DNA from: an uncultured Draconibacterium sp.
GTDB lineage: Bacteria > Bacteroidota > Bacteroidia > Bacteroidales > FEN-979
Direction: 5' to 3'
Length of the DNA: 62,560 nucleotides
Assembly (NCBI GenBank): GCA_964387205.1
Contig: CAYLVY010000003.1
Span: 17,006-79,565, forward strand
This document shows positions 47,888-55,449 of this stretch, one piece after another. The translations under genes and the position numbers were made by a program. How positions within the stretch are numbered: position 1 is the first letter of the stretch; each line of letters starts with the position of its first letter. The notes beneath the pieces were generated by a model. That model was not told the origin of the DNA, did not search any database, and was given only the letters and a program-made list of their open reading frames with translations.

Positions 47888-49407
47888 CAGAAGCGGCACA
47901 CTACACAGAAATTCTGACCAATCCCGGTACTGTACCGCTGGCAGATATTCCCGTCCTCCCCTATGACGATTTCTGCGACTTCGCCGATCTGCTCATGCGG
48001 GAAGAGGGTACCCATTGCCTGACATACTTCGTTTTACATGAACCGGGCCATTTCCGCTTTATTTGCTGTATGGCGGCAGATGAAAATCATGCCGTGGTGC
48101 TCTTCTCCCACCTTCAGCCCGATGACCCGATCCCCGTACTGCCCTCCCTCACAGCCCGTCATTGCCAGTTTCACGGATTCGAAAGGGAGATCCATGAAAA
48201 ATTCGGGATTGGTTTTACCGGCCATCCATGGCTCAAACCAATCCGGTGGCCTTTCGACCGTGCCGGTATCATCCCTGACATGAACAATTATCCTTTCTGG
48301 AAATGCACGGGTGAAGAGCTGCACGAAGTCGGTGTGGGTCCTGTTCATGCCGGGATCATTGAACCGGGCCACTTCAGGTTTACCTGTTCCGGAGAACTGG
48401 TCCACCACCTCGAGATACACCTTGGGTACCAGCACCGCGGGGTGGAATCCCTCTTCAGCAGGTTTCCGAAAGTGATCCAACAAGCAGTTCTTTCGGAAAG
48501 TATTGCCGGTGATACCGCCATTGGTCATGCCCTTGCCTATGCCGGTATCGCCGAAGCCCTTGGGAAGATCAGGGTACCGGATGAACTGCAGTTGCAAAGG
48601 GCTGTTGCACTCGAACTGGAACGGATCGCCATTCATATCGGAGACACCGCCGCCCTATGCAATGATGTCGCCTACCAGTTGGGACAAGTGGTGTGTGAAG
48701 CGCTCCGCACCATCGTCATTAACACCACTCAGTTATGGTGCGGGAACCGGTTCGGTAAAGGAATGGTACGACCGGGAGGAAGCCATTATCCGCTGACCGG
48801 TTCCCTTGCCAGTGCCATACTGGAAAACCTGGAGGATGTCATCTCTCGGTATGAACAGATGACCGAACGGATATTTTCCCTTCCGAGTGTGCTGGGACGG
48901 TTTGAAGGAACCGGAAAAATTACCACGATGCAGGCCTCCCTGGCCGGCGCTGTGGGTATGGCTGCACGCAGTGCGGGCATGTACCGGGATATCCGCTGGT
49001 CGCATCCTTACGGTGCTTACCGTCAGTTTTCTTCGGAACCGGTGATTTTGCCCGGAGGGGATGTCCACGCGCGGGCTCTCCTGCGACAATTGGAAGCCGG
49101 TAACTCTTCCCGGCTGATCAAAACCATGCTGGGCTCACGAAATCCAAACGAAACCATCCCGGAACCCTGTTCCGGTATCTCTTTGCAACCTTCTACGCTG
49201 GCCATTTCCATGACGGAAGGATGGCGGGGAGAGATCTGTCACGCTGCTGTTACGGATGAAGCGGGACGGCTGAAACTATACAAGATAAAGGATCCGTCGT
49301 TCCACAACTGGCTGGCCCTGGCACTGGCCGTACGCCATCAGGAAATCTCTGATTTCCCGTTGTGCAATAAAAGTTTCAACCTCAGTTATTGCGGAAACGA
49401 CTTATGA
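47884..49407 (+). CDS. NuoC-NuoD fusion / HycE-HyfG-like large subunit lacking the NiFe cysteines
   Basis: NuoC-like N-domain (FHGFEREIHEKFGIGFTGHPWLKP). NuoD/large-subunit core (GPVHAGIIEPGHFRF...LGYQHRGVE). At the RxCGxCxxxH site it reads ESIAGDTAIGH; at the DPCxxCxxR site it reads SFNLSYCGNDL. The start is refined to the ATG at 47884 (ATGA overlap). Confidence 0.85.
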   Translation: MTEAAHYTEILTNPGTVPLADIPVLPYDDFCDFADLLMREEGTHCLTYFVLHEPGHFRFICCMAADENHAVVLFSHLQPDDPIPVLPSLTARHCQFHGFEREIHEKFGIGFTGHPWLKPIRWPFDRAGIIPDMNNYPFWKCTGEELHEVGVGPVHAGIIEPGHFRFTCSGELVHHLEIHLGYQHRGVESLFSRFPKVIQQAVLSESIAGDTAIGHALAYAGIAEALGKIRVPDELQLQRAVALELERIAIHIGDTAALCNDVAYQLGQVVCEALRTIVINTTQLWCGNRFGKGMVRPGGSHYPLTGSLASAILENLEDVISRYEQMTERIFSLPSVLGRFEGTGKITTMQASLAGAVGMAARSAGMYRDIRWSHPYGAYRQFSSEPVILPGGDVHARALLRQLEAGNSSRLIKTMLGSRNPNETIPEPCSGISLQPSTLAISMTEGWRGEICHAAVTDEAGRLKLYKIKDPSFHNWLALALAVRHQEISDFPLCNKSFNLSYCGNDL

Positions 49408-50171
49408 TGAAAGAATTTTCCATATGGCGACGGCACGGGAAACAATTCGTCCCTGATTTGCGCAATGCTGTCCTTCCCGATATTTTCCGCGGTCGTCCCG
49501 TAATCGCAGCCGACATTTCAGGGGAGGAGGCAAAAGCTGCAGCAGAATGCTGCCCGGTGGACGCTATCCGCACAAATCCATGCACCCTCGACCTGGGCCG
49601 GTGTGTTTTTTGCAGGGAATGTACCTTTCTCAGTGGCGAAAAAATAAAATTCACGCGCGATTTCCGGATGGCCACCAATAACCGCAACGATCTGATCATC
49701 AGACAGGGAGAAGACAAACCGATACGGATCGACGATGCGAAGGTAAGAAAAGAGGTCGGAACACTCTTTCGTCACGCACTCAAATTAAGACAGGTTTCAG
49801 CCGGCGGCGACAATTCGGCCGAGATGGAGCTCAATGCAGCCGGCAATGTCAATTTCGACATGGGAAGATATGGAATCGAATTTGTAGCCTCCCCCCGCCA
49901 TGCCGATGGTGTGGTGATCACCGGGCCTGTCTCCGCCAACATGTCAGAAGCGCTTGAAATCTGCTACCATTCCATTCCCATGCCCCGGATCATCATTCTT
50001 GCCGGTAGTGATGCCATCGGAGGAGGCCTTTTCCAGGAAAGCCCCGCCATAAACCGGCAATTTTTATCGCAATATCCTGTAGATCTTTTTGTTCCCGGAA
50101 ATCCTCCTCACCCTCTCACTTTCATAAACGGGATACTGGACCTCACACGCGGATCACTTTTTCCCAAGTAA
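49404..50171 (+). CDS. NuoB/HycG-HyfI-like small subunit lacking all four [4Fe-4S] cysteines, fused to an N-terminal ferredoxin-like remnant
   Basis: FVASPRHADGVVITGPV is conserved. Against E. coli HycG recalled from memory, CGGCNGCE reads AGGDNSAE, GACG reads GSDA and PGCPP reads PGNPP. The N-terminal part carries ECCPVDAI and CVFCREC. The start is refined to the ATG at 49404, overlapping the upstream stop. Confidence 0.85.
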   Translation: MMKEFSIWRRHGKQFVPDLRNAVLPDIFRGRPVIAADISGEEAKAAAECCPVDAIRTNPCTLDLGRCVFCRECTFLSGEKIKFTRDFRMATNNRNDLIIRQGEDKPIRIDDAKVRKEVGTLFRHALKLRQVSAGGDNSAEMELNAAGNVNFDMGRYGIEFVASPRHADGVVITGPVSANMSEALEICYHSIPMPRIIILAGSDAIGGGLFQESPAINRQFLSQYPVDLFVPGNPPHPLTFINGILDLTRGSLFPK

Positions 50172-52049
50172 AAGATAATGCCTCCAGTCGAACACCAGGC
50201 GAAATCCCCCGTACCAGATGCTTTTCACCGGCGGGAAAGGATCCCCTTCGTCCAGAATAACTTTTCGTTTACCCGGGATATCCAACCCTGCGTGCAACTG
50301 CAGTTTCATGTTGGCCCCCTGCCTGGCACCATAAATGCGTAAAAAACGGTATTCGACAACTGGAAACTCCAATTGCGTCGAATACATGGTGATCAGGGTT
50401 TGTTCATCCTGCACCCCTTTCTTTCCCAGGATCATATGATCAGGGCCCTCGCCGGTGCCATACATGCAAACTCCGACCTCGCGGCCAAGGATAAACTGAA
50501 ACCTCCCGATGGGTGTGGTAATGCCCGACTGCCATGGAAGTAACCCCCCGTTCCCGGCGGTAACGATCATTTTATTGAGGGTGGCAGGAGATGACAACAG
50601 CAGGACAGGGGCGGCCACGAGCAGATCGCCGGGAAGAAGGAAGAAAGGCAGTCTTAACCTCATATACCAGGCATCACGGCCGGGAATGGCAGTCATATAG
50701 GACCCAAACTGCTTCAGCTCCGGATCATCTTCGATGGAGATCGAACTGGAACTTTCAAGCCTCCAGCCCAGGTCCAGAAAGGCCAGTCCATCACCTGATT
50801 CGTTGACCACTCCGTCCATTCCAAGCCCGACACGCAGCGCCATTTCCAGACCCGGGATCACTCCGGTTGATCTTTGCCTTGTCCCGAAACCGCCGTCATG
50901 AAAATGAACATGCAAAGCCGGGGCGATGCCGATAAAGGGACCCAGTTCGGCATTGATGCGCGGAAGGGCACCCAGTCCGGTAGCCAGCCCCGGAGCAGGA
51001 GTGCCTGCAAGCACCTGGTTGCATCGGTAATCGATGGCCGGACTGACGAGGCGATAGATATGAACCTTGGCAAGACTGACATTAAGGGTATCCGGCATCA
51101 TAACGTCTACATCCTCCACGACATCTTCCTTCAGGTCATTTCCGGCAGCGGCGTCCAGCACCTGGGTTAGGCTGATCAGCACCGCATCAGCGGCTTCATC
51201 AATATCCTGAGGCCGGATATAGGCATCGCCGGTGAGGATGATCTTCCGGCCATTCCAGGTCGTCACCTGCAGGCCGGCTTCATTGTAATAATCGTGAGTC
51301 CCCTTGCGCTGGGAAGCGTCACCCCATATTCCGGCCACATGACCGGCGGCAAAATTATCCTCCAGGAAATGAAGGGCAAAAGCCTCATCGGCCAGCATGC
51401 TCAGGGCGATACTGCTTCGTTGCTCCGGGGTCAGACCGGGAGAAGCCAGGCGCTTTGCTTTGATCAACGCGCTGTTATGGAACCAGGTATAAATACCTAC
51501 GATGTTCAGGGGGGCGCCGGGTTTGCAACAGGAATCAAAGTAGGCAGCGGCACCAATATCTACATTGGGTAATGCCATCAGAAAATGGCCGAAATTATTG
51601 CCGGCCCGGGCAATATAATCGGGATCGGCACGCAGCAGCCGGATATCGGAATCCCTCAGACGATTGATCCGCTCACTCTCATTGCGGGCAGTGGCGATGC
51701 CCTCGCCAAGCTGGGCGCCGATCGAGGCCACTTTCATGATCCATTCCGAATGGAGAATGATCCGGAGCATGTCGTCGGGTGATGCCGAATGGTCACCGCC
51801 AATAGCCGGCCAGGTGACAAAATCAAGTTGTTCCGGATGTAATCCCTGTTGGTCTTCCATCACTCCGGGAAACAATCTGGCCTCATGGCCCTTTCGCGCT
51901 GCAGTCCATAGTGCATCCAGCAGCGCTCTGTGTTGCGGGTCAAGCCTTTCGACAGCAGTCCGGGTGATATCCCGGTGCTCGGGAAATACCCATGCATATC
52001 CATTCCAGCCGGCCAGCAGGAACGTCAGGATAAATAGAAACTTTTTCAT
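50154..52049 (-). CDS. Secreted 631-aa protein of unknown function, possibly with a zinc-dependent PLC / S1-P1-like N-terminal domain
   Basis: Signal peptide (cleavage near GYA-W). The N-terminal W-x5-H (WVFPEHRD), GGDHS, HFLEDNFAAGH and THDYYNE motifs loosely resemble PLC/P1-nuclease metal ligands. The C-terminal half of about 300 aa is beta-rich. The 3' end overlaps the Ehr operon end by 18 nt. Confidence 0.5.
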   Translation of the reverse strand: MKKFLFILTFLLAGWNGYAWVFPEHRDITRTAVERLDPQHRALLDALWTAARKGHEARLFPGVMEDQQGLHPEQLDFVTWPAIGGDHSASPDDMLRIILHSEWIMKVASIGAQLGEGIATARNESERINRLRDSDIRLLRADPDYIARAGNNFGHFLMALPNVDIGAAAYFDSCCKPGAPLNIVGIYTWFHNSALIKAKRLASPGLTPEQRSSIALSMLADEAFALHFLEDNFAAGHVAGIWGDASQRKGTHDYYNEAGLQVTTWNGRKIILTGDAYIRPQDIDEAADAVLISLTQVLDAAAGNDLKEDVVEDVDVMMPDTLNVSLAKVHIYRLVSPAIDYRCNQVLAGTPAPGLATGLGALPRINAELGPFIGIAPALHVHFHDGGFGTRQRSTGVIPGLEMALRVGLGMDGVVNESGDGLAFLDLGWRLESSSSISIEDDPELKQFGSYMTAIPGRDAWYMRLRLPFFLLPGDLLVAAPVLLLSSPATLNKMIVTAGNGGLLPWQSGITTPIGRFQFILGREVGVCMYGTGEGPDHMILGKKGVQDEQTLITMYSTQLEFPVVEYRFLRIYGARQGANMKLQLHAGLDIPGKRKVILDEGDPFPPVKSIWYGGFRLVFDWRHYLLLGKK

Positions 52050-52064
52050 GGCCTTCAGGATCAG

Positions 52065-52439
52065 TTAGTTGTTTGGGGCTCCGGCGTCAATCCACTTTTT
52101 GATACGGCTAAGATCGCATCCGGGTAATTTCGACAATCCTTCCGGCATGGGACGATAGCCGGGTTCATGGTTTACCGAACCCCAGAGTTTTCCGTTCCGG
52201 ACCAAAACCTGTAAGCCGGCATAGGTATCGGTGATCCATCCCCCATTCGCACCGGCTCCGGAATGACAATCATTGCAGGAAGTCTTCATCAATGGAGCGA
52301 CTGTCAGAAGATAAGTGACGCCGGTGGGGTCACAGTCCGACGGGATGGCGATATCCTGCAGGTTGTCGCTGGCACAAGAAAACAGGAATGCCATTAAAAT
52401 CAACACAATAAAAGCCTTTTTCAGCATTTTTCCAATCAT
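52065..52439 (-). CDS. Lipoprotein with a single heme-c motif (PSCyt1-like cytochrome c domain)
   Basis: MIGKMLKKAFIVLILMAFLFSC lipobox, CNDCH heme-binding motif, and C-terminal LSRIKKWIDAGAP typical of PSCyt1-type domains. The start is refined to Met25/Met29 of the ORF-track protein. Confidence 0.65.
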   Translation of the reverse strand: MIGKMLKKAFIVLILMAFLFSCASDNLQDIAIPSDCDPTGVTYLLTVAPLMKTSCNDCHSGAGANGGWITDTYAGLQVLVRNGKLWGSVNHEPGYRPMPEGLSKLPGCDLSRIKKWIDAGAPNN

Positions 52440-52733
52440 ACGGGATGAAATATTTAAATATCGTTCAGACAAATATAGTGATTTTAAAACAGGGCCGCAT
52501 CTCTTTACCACTAAATGCCATTTCTTAACTAAAGGTATTTCCAGGCATGTTACCTCCTACTGTTAAACAAAAACATGTTTATTTTACACTTATTTGGTAT
52601 TTTAAATTATTATTTTTATTCTTCAGTAAGAATTATTCTTTTTTAATAAATTTACTATCAGTCAGTTATAAGGAAATCTTGTTTCATTCAACTAATTTGT
52701 TACCAAAGTGTTGCAAACAAATACCAAATGACC

Positions 52734-52741
52734 TATATTTG
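52734..52741 (+). promoter_or_regulatory. Candidate -7 promoter box TATATTTG in an AT-rich divergent intergenic region
   Basis: Exact TAnnTTTG match, 38 nt upstream of the ATG at 52779. Confidence 0.4.
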
Positions 52742-52778
52742 TGAATGCATTCACATTCAATTTTCTTAACCTGATGAT

Positions 52779-53696
52779 ATGAAAAACTTTATGCTCTTTC
52801 TGTTGTGCCTGGGACTGGGCACGGCAACGTTGTCTGCCCAGGAGGTGATTGTCACCGATGATCCCGCTTACACCACACCGGCATCCGGTTCCGTACTGGA
52901 TGTGAAATCAACGACAAAAGGGATGATTATCCCACGGATGACGACCGCCCAGCGTACCACCCTGGGAAGTACCACCCCGGCCGACGGCGTGGTGGTCTAT
53001 GATACCGATCTGGCCTCGTTTTACTACTGGGACCACACCGAATGGAAACAAATTGCGGCTTCAGGGCTCAACCTGACCAACTACAAATTCGGGGACGGCA
53101 CCAATTATTCAACATTTGAAGCCGATGGCACCCTCGTTTTTTACGGCGATGCCACTGTTTGGGATGACATCATGATCCCGGGATTCTCGACCAGAAGCAG
53201 TACAAATTCCCCTGACTTTGCAGTTTTTGTTAACGGGACCTATCTGAATTACTTTGCTGATGCAGGTTCCAACAGTGAAAACCAGGTCTTCTTCACGGCC
53301 CAGTTCCCGCATGCATGGGATGGCGGGGAGATCCGGCCCCACATCCACTGGTCGCCGGAAACCGATCCCGGTACAGCCGCCGTTGTCCGGTGGGGGCTGG
53401 AATATACCTGGGCAGAGTATAATCCCACTACACCGGAAACATTTCCGGCCACCACCACCATTTATACCAACGCCTCAACTCCTGCCGGCAGCCAGAAAAA
53501 ACACCTGATCGCTTCCTTTTCCCCCATCACACCTTCCTCCACTCAGGATGGCATCAGCAGCATGATGGTGTGCCGGCTCTTCCGGAACTCGAGCGATGCT
53601 GCTGATACATATAACAGCAAGAGAGCAGGGTTTCTTCAGTTCGACATCCATTACAAGAGAAATACTGAAGGCAGCCGTACCGAATTTATAAAATAA
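52779..53696 (+). CDS. Secreted protein of unknown function
   Basis: Signal peptide (TLSAQE). N-terminal module LDVKSTTKGMIIPRMTTAQRTTL...GVVVYDTDLASFYYWDHTEWKQI. The C-terminal half of about 190 aa is beta-rich. Confidence 0.7.
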   Translation: MKNFMLFLLCLGLGTATLSAQEVIVTDDPAYTTPASGSVLDVKSTTKGMIIPRMTTAQRTTLGSTTPADGVVVYDTDLASFYYWDHTEWKQIAASGLNLTNYKFGDGTNYSTFEADGTLVFYGDATVWDDIMIPGFSTRSSTNSPDFAVFVNGTYLNYFADAGSNSENQVFFTAQFPHAWDGGEIRPHIHWSPETDPGTAAVVRWGLEYTWAEYNPTTPETFPATTTIYTNASTPAGSQKKHLIASFSPITPSSTQDGISSMMVCRLFRNSSDAADTYNSKRAGFLQFDIHYKRNTEGSRTEFIK

Positions 53697-53699
53697 CCT

Positions 53700-55166
53700 A
53701 TGAAACGTTCAGCGCTCTTACTTGTATTATATTTCCCGGCCATCCTCGTCATGGCTCAGGGAATCATTATCCGGCCGGGGGCTTATATGACAATCGGTAC
53801 CGATGCCTATGTGAAAACGACCGGTACCGCGGGCCTCACCCTGGAGTCGAACCCGGACGGAACCGCCTCACTTCTTGATGAAGACGGGAACCTGACAGTG
53901 TCGGGAGATCTTGTTTCGCAACTATATATTGCCAAAAATGCATGGCATATCGTATCTCCCAATACTTCCGGGGTTACGGCGCTTGACTTTTACTGGAACG
54001 ACGATCCGCAATGCTGGCTCACCTATCATCAGGAGAGTGACAACACCTGGCATTACAACACCAACCTCTCCACCAGCATGCCATTGGGACAGGGTTGGAT
54101 GGTTTGGCTGGACAATGCATACAGCGGTGCAGGGGCCACCGTGGAGATGTCGGGCGCACTTCGCTCCGATGATCTCTCTCCTGCCATCTCATACGGCGGC
54201 AGCAGCTGGAACCTGACCGGAAATCCATACCCCTGTGCACTCGACTGGGGTGATGCAGGCTGGACAAGGAGCAACGTGGAAGGGACAGTATGGATCTGGG
54301 ACAATCCATCAAACAACTATCTGTACCGCACTACGGCAGGGGGAGGTACCATGAGCAACGGGATCATCCCCCAGGGGCAGGGCTTTTTTATCAAATCCAC
54401 CGGCAGTTCACCGGTACTTACCATTCCGGCCCAGGCCAGGCAGCACAGCAATCAGGATTTCTATAAAAACACGGAATCAGTGAATGGTTATGCAGATTAC
54501 CTGGTGCTCAGGGTCAGCCAGGGAATACAGGCCGATGCCGTTTGGGTCAGTTTCGGTGAAAACGGATCCGAGGGATTTGAAAACGGATGGGACGCTACCA
54601 AGCTCCGCGGAGGTGAATCGGCCCCGCAACTCTATCTGCCGGAACAGGGAAGGCAACAAAGCATCAACCATCTCTATCTGCTTTCCGGGGAAGAAGAGCG
54701 TATCGTTCCGCTGAATTTTAAAGCCGGTACCAACGGGGAGCATATTTTAAAGGCAGATGCGTCCCGCTTTACCGGAAAAACCATCATCCTGGATGATCTG
54801 CAAACCGGTCAGTCACAATACCTGACTGAGAATCCTGTCTATGCGTTTCAGGGAAATGTAAACGATCCTGCCGACCGGTTCCGTTTGAGGTTCCGAAAAG
54901 CGCTGGGCGTGCCTTCATCAGAAAATACGGCTGCTTTTGTTTACACTTTCGGAGGAGAAGGGACTGTCCATGTCCGACTGGGAAACGCTGCGCCACAAAA
55001 GGTGACAATGGCAAGGGTTTACTCCGTTCAGGGGGCTTTAGTGGGAGAGTGTCCGGTTTATCCGGGTTCCGACAATATCCTGAACATCCCACATGCCAGG
55101 GGATGCCTGATCGTAAAGGTAACCGGAGCAGACTGGCAACACATCAGTAAAGTTATCGTCAAATAG
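53700..55166 (+). CDS. Secreted protein with a T9SS C-terminal sorting domain
   Basis: Signal peptide. The last ~75 aa (ARVYSVQGALVGE...GCLIVKVTGADWQHISKVIVK) fit the Por/T9SS CTD pattern. Starts 3 nt after the upstream stop. Confidence 0.7.
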   Translation: MKRSALLLVLYFPAILVMAQGIIIRPGAYMTIGTDAYVKTTGTAGLTLESNPDGTASLLDEDGNLTVSGDLVSQLYIAKNAWHIVSPNTSGVTALDFYWNDDPQCWLTYHQESDNTWHYNTNLSTSMPLGQGWMVWLDNAYSGAGATVEMSGALRSDDLSPAISYGGSSWNLTGNPYPCALDWGDAGWTRSNVEGTVWIWDNPSNNYLYRTTAGGGTMSNGIIPQGQGFFIKSTGSSPVLTIPAQARQHSNQDFYKNTESVNGYADYLVLRVSQGIQADAVWVSFGENGSEGFENGWDATKLRGGESAPQLYLPEQGRQQSINHLYLLSGEEERIVPLNFKAGTNGEHILKADASRFTGKTIILDDLQTGQSQYLTENPVYAFQGNVNDPADRFRLRFRKALGVPSSENTAAFVYTFGGEGTVHVRLGNAAPQKVTMARVYSVQGALVGECPVYPGSDNILNIPHARGCLIVKVTGADWQHISKVIVK

Positions 55167-55173
55167 CAACCTC

Positions 55174-55449
55174 ATGAAATACCTGATCCGCACATTATCG
55201 AAGATGCTCTTCCCAATCCTTTTCGCTTTCCTAACTATACAGGTAATGGCTGAAGATCCGCCCCCACCCCCGCCGGGAGGCAGTGTGGGCGACGGATCCG
55301 GTAAAGGGGGAGACGTCAATGTCAGGAACGGAGCCACCGGCGCCCCTATCGATCGTAATACCAGCGCCCTGATCGCCGTTCTGATCATTTCAGCCGGATT
55401 TGGCAGTTACCTGCTCCTGAAGAAAGAGAAGGCCACGGATGGTGCCTGA
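55174..55449 (+). CDS. Small pre-protein: signal peptide, 34-aa Pro/Gly-rich segment, C-terminal TM helix, basic tail
   Basis: 91 aa. Residues 1-26 are a signal peptide (..IQVMA). EDPPPPPPGGSVGDGSGKGGDVNVRNGATGAPID follows, then ALIAVLIISAGFGSYLLL and KKEK. Overlaps the downstream exosortase-like gene by 11 nt. Confidence 0.6.
   Translation: MKYLIRTLSKMLFPILFAFLTIQVMAEDPPPPPPGGSVGDGSGKGGDVNVRNGATGAPIDRNTSALIAVLIISAGFGSYLLLKKEKATDGA

Noticed and set aside
42850-50171. Annotating the operon as a functional hydrogenase-4 / formate hydrogenlyase (hyfBCEFGI).
   Set aside because: All NiFe ligands of the large subunit and all proximal-cluster ligands of the small subunit are substituted. No hyp, FDH or HyfA genes are present in the window. 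I kept it as a hydrogenase-related complex instead.
52547-52744. 65-aa ORF (MLPPTVKQKHVYFTLIWYFKLLFLFF…) in the AT-rich intergenic region.
   Set aside because: Its F/L/K/N/Y-rich composition is what AT-rich non-coding DNA translates to. The ORF runs through the candidate promoter box for the downstream operon.
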